DNA from: Deinococcus sp.
Lineage (GTDB): Bacteria; Deinococcota; Deinococci; Deinococcales; Deinococcaceae
Assembly: GCA_965261005.1 (NCBI GenBank)
Contig: OZ253375.1
Location: 1,344,001-1,408,000 of the forward strand
Reading direction: 5' to 3'
Length of the DNA: 64,000 nt
A model generated the notes under the pieces. The model was not told where the DNA came from. It saw only the letters and a program-made list of their open reading frames with translations, and did no database searches. How positions within the stretch are numbered: position 1 is the first letter of the stretch; each line of letters starts with the position of its first letter. Below, one piece after another: positions 32,595 to 42,342 of the stretch. The translations under genes and the position numbers were made by a program.

Positions 32595-33866
32595 CTGACG
32601 GCCTGACAGATTTTATGAGGGTGAGCGAAAAACGAGCTTCCAGCCGACTTCGAGCGTGGTCAGTGGGGTAGGACGAGGGCGCTTTCGAGTCCCCAGCGGT
32701 TCAGGGTCAGGGCCACCCTGGAGGATCAGGCGGGTGAACACCGCCTGACCCCGGCTGAGGGCGTACTGAACGGCCCGTAGACCGATTTTGAGATAGCTCA
32801 ATCCCCGCTGCCAGTGGGGATCAACCACTCGGCGAGCGCCGCTGTGTACGGTCTGAAGTCCCTCCGAGACGAGCAGAAGCGTAGCGACCGAGATGACCAA
32901 GACCAGCCGCTCCAGGCTGGCCACATCGCGAAGTTTGGCATCTTCCAGATCGAAGAGGCCGCTTTTCTCGTCCAGAAACCCCTCTTCGATCTGGAAGCGT
33001 GCGCCGTACTCGGTAAACGTCTTCACGCTCGTCGGTTCGTCACTCACCACCTGCCACTGCTCTAGGCCGTCTGTCGGACGGCCCAGAGCGACGTGAACGG
33101 AACCGAAGTGCTGTCCAGTCAAGGTGATGTTGTGAAAGCAACGGGTCTCTCTGGGCGAAAGTCGCACCTCACCCACCTTGCACAACCGCTGTCCATCTGG
33201 AGCAGCCAGAATCAAGCTCGATTTGATGCGGATGCGGTAATGCCAGCCGCAGACTCGGAGCCACGCCATCAGTTCCGTATCGCAGAACCCTCGATCGGCC
33301 AGCAGGCGAACTTGATGTAGGCCAAGGAAGTCGAGCATCCCCTTGACTTCGGCCAGCACGGGGAGCAGGTGGGCGGTGCTGACCTGGGCGCTGGAATGTT
33401 CAAGGACACGCGAGACCAGCGGAACTGCTCGTCCCCGAAAGAGCACCGAGACGCGGATCAGGCAAAACTTCTCGAACAGGACGCTGGTATCCAGGGCCAG
33501 GATCAGGGGATGTCTGCCCCAGTCGCGGAGGGCACGGGTGATCAGCGGACCGTAAACACTGGTGGGATCAACGGCTGGATTCTCCAGCCACCGACGAACT
33601 CGGCGTTCGCTGCTTTGCGCGAAGGTGGCACGAGAGTGGATGTGAGGGAGCCAAGCGGGGATAGAGCTGCGCTGGGAGAGCAGCAGGCCGCTGACCATCC
33701 AAGCGAGGGTACGCGCATTGCGGATGTCGTTCCAGAGAGCAGTCTGGAGCTGAGCGAGAACAGCTTGATAGAGTCGGGCAGCGTCCCCGCTGGCATTTTC
33801 GGTCTTCACAAACAGAAAGTGTCCCACAGCGGGGACGCTTTCTCATACTTTCTGTCAGGCCCTCAG
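32595..33866 (-). mobile_element. IS4-family insertion sequence, 1272 bp
   Basis: Inverted repeats CTGACGGCCTGACAGA / TCTGTCAGGCCCTCAG (15/16) flanked by the 10-bp direct repeat CCTGGGGCTG (32585-32594 and 33867-33876). Confidence 0.93.
32613..33827 (-). CDS. DDE transposase (IS4 family)
   Basis: [25 protein letters not shown] (YREK-like); true start may be GTG 33809. Confidence 0.93.
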   Translation of the reverse strand: MGHFLFVKTENASGDAARLYQAVLAQLQTALWNDIRNARTLAWMVSGLLLSQRSSIPAWLPHIHSRATFAQSSERRVRRWLENPAVDPTSVYGPLITRALRDWGRHPLILALDTSVLFEKFCLIRVSVLFRGRAVPLVSRVLEHSSAQVSTAHLLPVLAEVKGMLDFLGLHQVRLLADRGFCDTELMAWLRVCGWHYRIRIKSSLILAAPDGQRLCKVGEVRLSPRETRCFHNITLTGQHFGSVHVALGRPTDGLEQWQVVSDEPTSVKTFTEYGARFQIEEGFLDEKSGLFDLEDAKLRDVASLERLVLVISVATLLLVSEGLQTVHSGARRVVDPHWQRGLSYLKIGLRAVQYALSRGQAVFTRLILQGGPDPEPLGTRKRPRPTPLTTLEVGWKLVFRSPS

Positions 33867-33879
33867 CCTGGGGCTGTCT

Positions 33880-34632
33880 TCAGTGTCCCAGAATCTGGCT
33901 CAGAAACAGCTTGCTGCGCTCGTGCTGGGGGTTCTTGTAGAACTGCTCGGGGGTCGCCTCCTCCACGATCTGACCTTGGTCGAAGAAGATGACGCGGTCG
34001 GCCACCTCGCGGGCGAAGCCCATCTCGTGGGTCACGACCAGCATGGTCATGCCGCTGCGGGCCAGCTCCTTCATCACGTCCAGCACCTCCTTGATCATCT
34101 CGGGGTCGAGGGCGCTGGTCGGCTCGTCGAAGAGCATCACCTTGGGCTGCATGGCGAGGGCGCGGGCGATGGCGACCCGCTGCTGCTGCCCGCCCGACAG
34201 CTGCGCCGGGTACTTGCCGGCCTGCTCGGGAATGCCCACCCGCTCCAGGAGTTCGCGGGCGACCTGGGCGGCCTTGGCTTTATCCCACCTGCGCACGCGA
34301 ATGGGCGCCAGGGTGATGTTCTGCTCTACCGTCAAATGTGGAAACAGGTTGAAGCTCTGAAACACCATCCCCACCTCGCGCCGAATCCGGTCGAGGTTGC
34401 TGCCCTCTTTCAGCTCCATGCCGTCCACGATGATCTCGCCCTTGTTGTGCGGCTCCAGGCGGTTCAGGGTGCGGATAAAGGTGCTCTTGCCGCTGCCCGA
34501 GGGACCGATGATGACCACGACCTCGCCTTGCCGCACGCTGGTCGTGATCCCCTTGAGGGCGTGAAAGTCGCCGAAGTACTTGTGAACGTCCTTGGCGATG
34601 ATGATGTCGTTTTGGGCTGAGTTAGGGGTCAT
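33880..34632 (-). CDS. Polar amino acid ABC transporter ATPase (GlnQ-like)
   Basis: [42 protein letters not shown]. Confidence 0.95.
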   Translation of the reverse strand: MTPNSAQNDIIIAKDVHKYFGDFHALKGITTSVRQGEVVVIIGPSGSGKSTFIRTLNRLEPHNKGEIIVDGMELKEGSNLDRIRREVGMVFQSFNLFPHLTVEQNITLAPIRVRRWDKAKAAQVARELLERVGIPEQAGKYPAQLSGGQQQRVAIARALAMQPKVMLFDEPTSALDPEMIKEVLDVMKELARSGMTMLVVTHEMGFAREVADRVIFFDQGQIVEEATPEQFYKNPQHERSKLFLSQILGH

Positions 34633-34651
34633 GAGGCTCCTCGAAGCTCTG

Positions 34652-34692
34652 CTCCCCTCCCCCCTCAAGGGGGAGGGGCCGGGGGTGGGGGG
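34652..34692. repeat. REP-like palindrome, copy 2
   Basis: CCCCTCCCCC-CTCAA-GGGGGAGGGG-CCGGGGGTGGGG. Confidence 0.65.
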
Positions 34693-34701
34693 TCTCCCCC
34701 G

Positions 34702-35907
34702 CTAGCGCGCTGCCTCCAGCCTACCCGCCACCCGCGACAAGGCAAAGGCGAACACGAAGTACAGCAGCGCCACCGTCAGGTAAATCTCGAAGGTGGCGGT
34801 CACCTCGCGGTTGGCGACGATGCGGCCGGCGCCGAACAGCTCGGTGAAGCTCACGATGCTGGTCAGGCTGGTGTCCTTGAACAAGCTGATGAACTGCCCG
34901 ACCAGGGGCGGCACCATGTTGCGCACCGCCTGCGGCAGCACGACCAGGGTCATGGCCTGGGTCCCGCTGAGGCCCAGCGAGCGGGCGGCCTCACTCTGAC
35001 CGCGCGGCAAGGCGTTCAGGCCCGCGCGCACGATCTCGGCGACGTAGGCCCCGGTGAAGAGCGAGAGCGCCAGAATGACCGCCCAGAATTGCGTCCCGTC
35101 GCCCAACACGTAGGGCACGAAGATGTAAAACCAAAAGATCACCGCGATAAAGGGAATGCCCCGGAACAGCTCGACGTACACACCGCTGACCCACCGTACA
35201 AAGGGCAGGGCCGAGCTGCGCCCGACGCCGAACAGGATACCCACCGGCAGCGACAGCGTGATGCCAAGGAGGGCCAGAATCAGGCTGAGGGCCAGGCCGC
35301 CGACCTGCACCTCCGGCGTGACGGTGGGATACAGCAGGATGGCGCCCGCCAAGCCGCCCAGCGTGAGGGGGAGCCACGAGAGGCGCACTTTCACCCGCGA
35401 CATCCCGTAGGTCAGCAGCGCCCCGCCCGCGATCAGGGCGAAGCCCCACAGCCGCCAGCGCTCCCCCGCGAAGCTGTCCGAACGAAAGCGCCCGATCAAA
35501 AAGAACAGGAAGTTCTTGCGCACCGTCCCCCAGTTGGGCAACGTGACGGCCCAGCGCAGAAAGAGGGCCGCGATCAGGGCGGCGGCCAGCGCGGCGACGA
35601 TCACGCCCCAGCGGCGGTAGACCCGCCCCGCCTCGGCCGGGTCGGCGTGGCCGCGCCGCCTGCGCTCGCCCGCGAGAGCGGTCAGGCCCGCGCCCACGTG
35701 CAGCGAGAGCAGCGTCAGGGCGGCCAGCAGCTTGGCCTCCAGCCCACCGCCCAGGGCGCTCAGGCACAGCGGCCACAACAGAGCGGCGGCCAGCAGGTAC
35801 TGAAGGCCGAGCGCGACCTGGCCGCCGAGCAATTGCCCCAGACCCGGCACGAGAAACGAAACCAGCGGGGCGGGGCTGGTGGGTTCTGGGTTCGCGGCGA
35901 CGCTCAC
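34702..35907 (-). CDS. Polar amino acid ABC permease with N-terminal membrane extension
   Basis: ELFRGIP, EIVRAG, GQSEAARSLG, LFKDTS; GTG start overlapping the upstream stop. Confidence 0.9.
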   Translation of the reverse strand: MSVAANPEPTSPAPLVSFLVPGLGQLLGGQVALGLQYLLAAALLWPLCLSALGGGLEAKLLAALTLLSLHVGAGLTALAGERRRRGHADPAEAGRVYRRWGVIVAALAAALIAALFLRWAVTLPNWGTVRKNFLFFLIGRFRSDSFAGERWRLWGFALIAGGALLTYGMSRVKVRLSWLPLTLGGLAGAILLYPTVTPEVQVGGLALSLILALLGITLSLPVGILFGVGRSSALPFVRWVSGVYVELFRGIPFIAVIFWFYIFVPYVLGDGTQFWAVILALSLFTGAYVAEIVRAGLNALPRGQSEAARSLGLSGTQAMTLVVLPQAVRNMVPPLVGQFISLFKDTSLTSIVSFTELFGAGRIVANREVTATFEIYLTVALLYFVFAFALSRVAGRLEAAR

Positions 35908-36719
35908 CGCGTCCCCGGCAGCGCGAAGCGGCGGTTCAGCAGATTCAGGCCGAGGGCGATCAGCAGGCTCAGCGCCAAGTACGCGACCGTGATGGCCGTG
36001 ATGCTCTCGAAGCCGCGAAAGGTGTAGCTCTGCACCTGGGTCCCGTAGTAAAACAGCTCGGCCACCCCGATCTGCGAGGCCAGGGACGAGTTCTTGGTCA
36101 GGTTGAGGAACTGGTTCCCAAGCGGCGGCGTCACGACGCGCAGCGCCTGCGGCAGCACCACCAAGCCGAGCACCTGACTTCCCGACAGTCCCAGCGAGCC
36201 GGCCGCCTCGAACTGCCCGCGCGGAACGCTCTGAATGCCGGCCCGGATGGTCTCGGCGATGTAGGAACTGGTGTAGATGGAAAGGGCCGCGATCACCGCG
36301 ATCTGCTCGGGGCCGTGGTCCAGCACGACGTTCTTGAGGGGCTGGGGCAGCACGTTGATGACGCCGAAGTTCCAGAAGAAAATCTGCACCAGGAGGGGCG
36401 TGTTGCGGAAGAACTCGACGTAGGCGAGCGCCGCCGAGCTGATCACCGGGTTCCGCGACAAGCGCGCCACCCCCACCGTCAGGCCGAGAATCAGCGCCAG
36501 CACGATGCTGATCAGCGAGAGGCGCACCGTCAGCCACATCCCGATCAGGATGGTGGTCAGGTAGGTGCCACCCGTCAGCTGCGACGGCCGCGCGAAGATG
36601 CCCCAATCGAGGTTGACGTTGTTGCGCGCGAAGCCGCCGCGCACCTGAAGCACGACAAAGCCGAGGGCCAGCACGAGGAGGGCGCCGGCCAAAATTTGCG
36701 AGGTGACGCTTCTGTTCAC
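35904..36719 (-). CDS. Polar amino acid ABC permease
   Basis: EFFRNTP, ETIRAG, GQFEAA, LTKNSS. Confidence 0.93.
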   Translation of the reverse strand: MNRSVTSQILAGALLVLALGFVVLQVRGGFARNNVNLDWGIFARPSQLTGGTYLTTILIGMWLTVRLSLISIVLALILGLTVGVARLSRNPVISSAALAYVEFFRNTPLLVQIFFWNFGVINVLPQPLKNVVLDHGPEQIAVIAALSIYTSSYIAETIRAGIQSVPRGQFEAAGSLGLSGSQVLGLVVLPQALRVVTPPLGNQFLNLTKNSSLASQIGVAELFYYGTQVQSYTFRGFESITAITVAYLALSLLIALGLNLLNRRFALPGTR

Positions 36720-36742
36720 AATCAGCCCCTTAACAGCAGTTC

Positions 36743-36770
36743 ACCCCTCCCCCCTTGCGGGGGAGGGGGG
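36743..36770. repeat. REP-like palindrome, copy 3 (short)
   Basis: CCCCTCCCCC-CTTGC-GGGGGAGGGG immediately after the SBP stop. Confidence 0.6.
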
Positions 36771-37607
36771 TCAGCGCCGGACCGGAAAGCTCGGCGGAAT
36801 CTGCTGGCTGCGCTTGGGGTCGGGCAGGGCGTACTTGGTGCCCTTGCCGAAGTACTTGGCAAAGGTCTTGCGGTAGCTGCCGTCGTCGTTCATGCGCGTC
36901 AGCGACTCGTTGACGAAGTTGCGCCACTTGGAGTCGTTCTGCTTCATGATCATGCCGTACGGCTCGTTCGAGAAGAAGTCGCCCACGATTTTGTACTTGC
37001 TGGGGTCGGGGGCGCTGGCCCGCAAACCCAGCAGAATGGTGCTGTCGGTGGAGACGGCGTCCACGCGGCCCTGCTGAAGCGCCGTAAAGGCGTCGGTGTA
37101 CTGCTGAAGGCTGACAACGTTGGCCTTGGGGGCGGCGTCCTTGAGGTTCTTCTCGGAGGTGCTGCCCTGCGCCGTGCCCACCCGCTTGCCGGCCAGGTCG
37201 CGCACGCTCTTGATAGGGCTGCCTTCCGGCACCAGCAGACGCTGGCCGTCCAGGAAGTAGGTGTTGGAGAAGTCCACCACGTCCATGCGCCCGTAGGTGG
37301 CGGTGGCGGTCGCCGCCGCGAGGTCAATGGTACCGTTCTGCACGAACTCGATGCGGTTCTTGGAGGTGACCTGCTTGAGGTTGACCTTGACGGGCTTTTT
37401 GCAGGTCGCCGTCAAGTCCTTGCCGATTTCGCGCACGAGGTCCACGTCGAAGCCCTGCACGTCGCCGTTCGCGTCCACAAAGCCGAAAGGGGGCGAGTCA
37501 TACTTCACGCCGGCCGTGAAAGTGCCCTTCGCGCAGACGTCGTCGAGAATCGAGGCGGCCGAGGCCGCGCCACAAAGGGTCAGGGTGAGGAGGGCAAGGG
37601 GTCGCAT
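36771..37607 (-). CDS. Amino acid ABC substrate-binding protein (Glu/Asp-like)
   Basis: Signal peptide, GVKYDSPPFG, GFDVD, R..FV.NG, F.NEPYG; AAGGAG RBS. Confidence 0.92.
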   Translation of the reverse strand: MRPLALLTLTLCGAASAASILDDVCAKGTFTAGVKYDSPPFGFVDANGDVQGFDVDLVREIGKDLTATCKKPVKVNLKQVTSKNRIEFVQNGTIDLAAATATATYGRMDVVDFSNTYFLDGQRLLVPEGSPIKSVRDLAGKRVGTAQGSTSEKNLKDAAPKANVVSLQQYTDAFTALQQGRVDAVSTDSTILLGLRASAPDPSKYKIVGDFFSNEPYGMIMKQNDSKWRNFVNESLTRMNDDGSYRKTFAKYFGKGTKYALPDPKRSQQIPPSFPVRR

Positions 37608-38051
37608 GAATTCTCCTTTTTCAAGCTCCAAATCGTCCAAGCTTTAAGTCAAGGATCAGTCTTTGAAGGCGGGCTATGGCGGAACAAATTATGAGAACCA
37701 CCGTGAAAAATTGTTCCGGGGCAGTTTAGCGGTTCTTGAGAGTTCTGTCCACGCTTTGGCCGGAGGGCGAAGAGTGGAATAGCCTAAATAAGTTAAAGAT
37801 GGGTTTAAGGCAAATCCATATTTCAACTTTTTATAACAAGCGTGCAGTCAGAAAGGCGAAGGCTGGTGGCCTGATGAGAAAATGTTAAAGCAAAGTTTCA
37901 GCAGCGAGATAAGGGGCGGCCCTCTTCCAGCCAACCAATTTTCGCTTTCGGCCTGGGCACCTTGGCGCAGAACTCGCCGGCCACCCGGTAGATTGCAAGC
38001 TAACGCTTCAATTCAACTCCGGTTCAAGAGTCCGGTCCAAGAGGAGGAGAG

Positions 38052-38603
38052 ATGACCCAGTTCAAGCTGCTCGGCCTTTCCGGCATGTTGGCCCTTATGG
38101 CGTGTGCGCCCGCCGCTACCAACACGGCGCAGCCCGTCGCCACGAGTACGCCGAGCAACATTGACTCCACGGCGCCGGTCGTCGCCCTGACCCCGGCCGG
38201 GCCAACGGGCGCGACCTTGCCGTCCGGCACCTATCAAGTCAGCGAGCAGCCGGGCGCGCCCGCCGGCGTCACGCCCACCGGCACGGTCAAGATCACCCAG
38301 GGAGGAAACGGGAACACCAGAACCGACGTGGACCTGCGCGGCCTGCGGCCCAACACCTATTACGTGGCGTACTACCACACGCAGGGCAACACGTCGTCCG
38401 CCCCGTGCGCCTCGGACGGCACGGCGCTGATCGCCTCCAAAATCGTGGGTCAGACGGACGCGGAGGGCGCCTTGGGCATGGGCGGCTCGGTGTCCTCGGA
38501 CGTGATCGCGCAGGCCACCTCCTTTAACATTCACACCGCCACGGGTCCGGATGGCACGCCCGCCGACGCTGGAGTCGCCTGCACGTCCCTGAGCAGCAAG
38601 TAG
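38052..38603 (+). CDS. Lipoprotein with Cu/Zn-SOD-like fold lacking most metal ligands
   Basis: Lipobox LMAC; G.V.IT..GL.P...VAYYH..G..C..NIH..GVAC pattern; GAGGAG RBS. Confidence 0.55.
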   Translation: MTQFKLLGLSGMLALMACAPAATNTAQPVATSTPSNIDSTAPVVALTPAGPTGATLPSGTYQVSEQPGAPAGVTPTGTVKITQGGNGNTRTDVDLRGLRPNTYYVAYYHTQGNTSSAPCASDGTALIASKIVGQTDAEGALGMGGSVSSDVIAQATSFNIHTATGPDGTPADAGVACTSLSSK

Positions 38604-38708
38604 GCCCGAAGCGCGCAGGCGGGTCCGGAAAAGTGTGTGAAGCCCGGTAACTCCACCTTGAGGCGTTTCGCAACCAGTCGCCCGACCGCAGGAGAGCGTT
38701 GAGGTGTT

Positions 38709-39656
38709 ATGGAAAGTAGTAAGGGGAAACGCTCCGGCGGATCTAGGACCAAGCGCGCCCCGCGCTGGGCAACCCTCGCCCTGGGCCTGAGCGTTTTGAG
38801 CGCCTGCGCCAGCGGCCCGGCCAACTATGTCGGCGTGTCGGGCGGTCTGCGCGTTCACGCCGGCGCGTTGCGGCCACCGACCGGCTACGCCGACGTGGTG
38901 AATCCCCGGCCAGCCGACAACGCGACCCTGCTGGAGGGCCGTCAGGTGTTCGCCGCGACCTGCGCCGCCTGCCACGGCCCCGAGCTGCGGGGGCGCGGCC
39001 TCTCGGGCGTGAACATCGTGCCCCACCCGGCGGACCTGCGCGCGCCCAGAATTCGGAACCTGACCGACGGCGAGCTGTACGGCTACATCGCCGAGGGCGT
39101 GCCCGGCGTCGGGATGCCCGCTTGGAAGCTGCTGCTGACGCCGGGCCAGATGCAGGCGGTCGAGCGCTACATCCGCAGCCAGAGCTTGGTCGTGCCGCCG
39201 GACGCGCGCACCAACCCGCTGCCGGGCACGCCGCAAGAGATCGTGCTCGGCCGCCAGCAGTTCACGCAGGTCTGCGCCTCGTGCCACGGGTCCAACGCGC
39301 ACGGCCTCGGTTCCGCCGGTCGCAGCCTTCAGCCCCGGCCCGCCGACCTCACGGCCCCCGAGGTGCAGCGCTACTCCGATGGCCAATTGATCTGGATTCT
39401 GGAGCGCGGCATCGTCGGCACCCCCATGCGCGGCTGGATCGACCAAAAGGTGATCAACGAGCGGCAGGCGTGGGCCATCGTCCGCTACCTGCGCTACCTG
39501 GCGCGCATTGAGGCCGAGCCGCTCACCTTTGTGCCCTTCAAGGACACCTTTTACGCCCAGTACCCGGTCTTCCCGTCGGTGAGCAACACCGACGCCGAGA
39601 AGATTCCCGAACTGCCGAACAGCGAGTCGGCGACCAAAGAGCCGGGCAAGAAATAA
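38709..39656 (+). CDS. Di-heme c-type cytochrome lipoprotein
   Basis: CAACH and CASCH motifs, each followed by PADL..SDG/TDG..G..G..M; lipobox LSAC. Confidence 0.9.
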   Translation: MESSKGKRSGGSRTKRAPRWATLALGLSVLSACASGPANYVGVSGGLRVHAGALRPPTGYADVVNPRPADNATLLEGRQVFAATCAACHGPELRGRGLSGVNIVPHPADLRAPRIRNLTDGELYGYIAEGVPGVGMPAWKLLLTPGQMQAVERYIRSQSLVVPPDARTNPLPGTPQEIVLGRQQFTQVCASCHGSNAHGLGSAGRSLQPRPADLTAPEVQRYSDGQLIWILERGIVGTPMRGWIDQKVINERQAWAIVRYLRYLARIEAEPLTFVPFKDTFYAQYPVFPSVSNTDAEKIPELPNSESATKEPGKK

Positions 39657-39686
39657 CCTCGTGCAGCGCTTCAGAAGGGACGGCCC

Positions 39687-39881
39687 GTGACCCAGACAAA
39701 GGACAGCTCGCGTGATGAGTCCGCCCCGCAGGCCCACACGCCGGAGGAGTTGCAGCGCCAGCTCAGCGACCGGCCGGAGCCGCTGCCCGTGTGGCTGGCC
39801 TGGGCGCTGCTCGCCCTCTTGGTGCTGGGCGCGGCGTGGGCCATGTACGCCTACGTCGTCAACGATTACGTGTTCGAGTAG
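39687..39881 (+). CDS. Small single-TM protein in the oxidase operon
   Basis: RBS AAGGGA; PLPVWL followed by one TM helix. Confidence 0.65.
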   Translation: MTQTKDSSRDESAPQAHTPEELQRQLSDRPEPLPVWLAWALLALLVLGAAWAMYAYVVNDYVFE

Positions 39882-39929
39882 CGGCCACTCAACCTTACCC
39901 CCTACTCTTTTCGTTCAAAGGAGCCAGCC

Positions 39930-41441
39930 ATGACCACCCAGGCCGTCCACGCCAACCGGCGCGCCTCACCGGCCACGCAGAGCTGGTTTTTCCCGATCAA
40001 GCCGGGCAGCGCCGCTTACCGGATGTTCGTGACCGGCTCGGTGTGGATGGTGATCGGCATGATCTACGGCCTGCTGATGGCGATCTACCTGGCCCACCCG
40101 CAGTTGTGGGCCGACGTGCCGCTGTGGCTTCAGCGCGTGCTGGTCTGGTCCAAGATGCGCGAGCTGCACGTGCAGTTGGTGCTGTGGTACTGGCTCTCGA
40201 TGAGCGCGGTGGCCGGCATGTACTTTATGGTGCCGAGGCTGACCCGCAGCCCGCTGTGGAGCGAGCGGCTGGGGCACCTCAGCGTCTGGCTGTGGAATCT
40301 GGGCGGGCTGACCACCTGGGTTTCGCTTTCCCTGGGCATGAGCCGGGGCCGCGAGTATGGCGAGACCATCTTCCCGGTGGACATCCTGATGGGCAGCGCG
40401 CTTTTGTGCGCCACCGTGAACATCGTGGCCACGGTCGCTTACCGCCGCGAGCGCCCGATCTACGTCGCCTTGTGGTATTGGCTGAGCGCCGTCATCGCCC
40501 TGCCCATCGTGCTCATCATCGGCAAGGGGCTGTGGCTCAACCCGCTGCGCAACCCCTACAGCGGCATCTACGACAACGTGGTCAACTGGTTTTTCGGCCA
40601 CAACATCCTGGGGATGTGGTACACGCCCGTCGGCATCGGCCTCGCCTACGTGCTGATTCCGCGCATTACCAAGCGCCCCATCTACAGCCACTGGCTCTCG
40701 CTGCTGGGCTTTTGGAGCCTGATCTTCGTGTATCCGCCGGTGGGCGGCCACCACAGCATCACCAGCGCGCTGCCGTACTGGCTTCAGACCGAGGCCATCG
40801 TGTTCTCGATCTTTCTGTTCATTCCGGTGTTCGCCACCGTTTGGAACCTCTACAAGTCCATTCAGCCCAACACCCAGATGCTGGCCCAAGACCCGATTCT
40901 CGCCTTTGTCACCATGGGCGTCACCTGCTACCTGATCACCTCGGTGCAAGGCTCGATCATGGCCCTCAGAACGCTCAACGTCTACGAGCACTTTTCGCAG
41001 TTCGTGGTGGGCCACGCCATGCTGGCGATGGGCGCGGGTTGGAGCGCCGTCACCATTGGCGCGGGCTATTACCTGGTGGCGCGGGTGGTGGGCCACCCGA
41101 TCTACTCCAAGGCGCTGGCGTGGTGGCACTTCGCGCTGTTCGCCACCGGCTGGATCATCCTGCTGCTGTTCATTCAGACGGCCGGCTTGGTGCAGGCGTC
41201 GGCGTGGCGGGTGGGCGGCCAGGACTGGATGGACTCGACCGTGTGGCCGACCCAGCCGCTGATGTGGCCGGTCGCCTTTGGGGGCCTGCTGATCATCACG
41301 TCGGAGATCATCTTTATCTATAACCTGATTCGCACCGTGTACGACAAAGGGTGGGTGCCAAAACACGCGCCCGCAGCCGCTCCAGATGCAACCCGGCGCG
41401 ACCCCCAACCCACCCCAGCGCTCGCGCCGGGCACCGACTAG
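39930..41441 (+). CDS. ccoN: cbb3-type (C-family) heme-copper oxidase subunit I, divergent
   Basis: MRELH, REYGE, WFFGHN, PIYS, Y....GHH, N...H; helix X reads GHAM instead of GHxH. Confidence 0.88.
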   Translation: MTTQAVHANRRASPATQSWFFPIKPGSAAYRMFVTGSVWMVIGMIYGLLMAIYLAHPQLWADVPLWLQRVLVWSKMRELHVQLVLWYWLSMSAVAGMYFMVPRLTRSPLWSERLGHLSVWLWNLGGLTTWVSLSLGMSRGREYGETIFPVDILMGSALLCATVNIVATVAYRRERPIYVALWYWLSAVIALPIVLIIGKGLWLNPLRNPYSGIYDNVVNWFFGHNILGMWYTPVGIGLAYVLIPRITKRPIYSHWLSLLGFWSLIFVYPPVGGHHSITSALPYWLQTEAIVFSIFLFIPVFATVWNLYKSIQPNTQMLAQDPILAFVTMGVTCYLITSVQGSIMALRTLNVYEHFSQFVVGHAMLAMGAGWSAVTIGAGYYLVARVVGHPIYSKALAWWHFALFATGWIILLLFIQTAGLVQASAWRVGGQDWMDSTVWPTQPLMWPVAFGGLLIITSEIIFIYNLIRTVYDKGWVPKHAPAAAPDATRRDPQPTPALAPGTD

Positions 41442-41613
41442 AGCATTTGTCAATTCTATTGCGCGCCTCCGGCTTCGCGTCTTGGGCAAAACGGCACCTA
41501 CCGGGCCTGCCCGCCTGCGCCGCTCCATGCCATTGACAAATGCCCTCCCCTTGCTACTCGTTCCACTCGGGAAGTATTGAGAAGGGCGCTCAATACTTCT
41601 GACAAATGCTCTA
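41439..41613. repeat. MITE-like repeat, copy 2 (175 bp, internal insertion)
   Basis: Perfect 14-bp TIR TAGAGCATTTGTCA / TGACAAATGCTCTA; supplies the ccoN stop codon. Confidence 0.88.
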
Positions 41614-41620
41614 AAGGAGC

Positions 41621-42133
41621 GTGCTCATGCGCGAGCGACTGATAAACGGCGTCGAGGACAACGCCCTCATTCTGGTGATCCTCTCCTTTCTGATCTTCTC
41701 GCTGGCGATTCTGACCACGGTGGCCCTGCCTTACTTCGCCACCAACCATTACCAGCCGTCGCCGGTGGCCGTGCGCTACACGGCCCTGGAGGAGCGGGGC
41801 CGCCGGCTGTACGCGGGGGCGGGCTGCTGGGAATGCCACAGCCAGAACGTGCGCCTCTCGGACGCCAACATCGGCACGGTGCATCAAGTCGGCGACATCG
41901 GCAACGTCAGCCGTCCCGGCGACTACCTATACCAAGACCCGGTCTTTTTCGGCCAGCACCGCCGGGGACCGGACCTGATGCACGTCGCCACGCGCTGGCC
42001 CAGCGAGGAGTGGATGACCATTCACTTCATCAATCCCGAACGGCTCAATCCCGGCACCTGGATGCCCAGCTTCGGCTGGATGAAGCCGGAGAACATCCGG
42101 GCGCTCAACGCCTACCTGATGACCCTCAAGTGA
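41621..42133 (+). CDS. ccoO: cbb3-type oxidase subunit II (mono-heme)
   Basis: E.RGR..Y...GCWECHSQ.VR, R.GPDL, MPSF axial Met; AAGGAG RBS. Confidence 0.92.
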   Translation: MLMRERLINGVEDNALILVILSFLIFSLAILTTVALPYFATNHYQPSPVAVRYTALEERGRRLYAGAGCWECHSQNVRLSDANIGTVHQVGDIGNVSRPGDYLYQDPVFFGQHRRGPDLMHVATRWPSEEWMTIHFINPERLNPGTWMPSFGWMKPENIRALNAYLMTLK

Positions 42134-42152
42134 AACGAGTGAAAGGGGGGAA

Positions 42153-42338
42153 GTGATGTCCGTTGGCGTCGTCGCCGTGATCGTGATCGCGCTGATCGTG
42201 CTGGTCAGCGTCGCGCTGCTGCTGATCCTGGCCGTTCACAACCCGGCCAAGCCCGAGCAGACCGAGGTGCCCAAGTACCGCATGATGCAGGGCGTCACTC
42301 TGGAAACGCCCACCTGGAAAGAACCCGGAGAGGTGTAG
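42153..42338 (+). CDS. Small TM protein in the CcoQ position
   Basis: One TM followed by E.PKYRM; lies between ccoO and the ccoP-like gene. Confidence 0.65.
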   Translation: MMSVGVVAVIVIALIVLVSVALLLILAVHNPAKPEQTEVPKYRMMQGVTLETPTWKEPGEV

Positions 42339-42342
42339 CTGC

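Noticed and set aside
37650..38040. Fnr/Crp box or radiation-desiccation response motif in the AT-rich region before the oxidase cluster
   Set aside because: No convincing match to either consensus by eye; a PWM scan would be needed
39930..41441. Nitric oxide reductase NorB call for subunit I
   Set aside because: Retains the helix VII Tyr and cbb3 motifs, lacks the NorB Glu after the first metal-binding His, and is followed by a CcoO-type subunit
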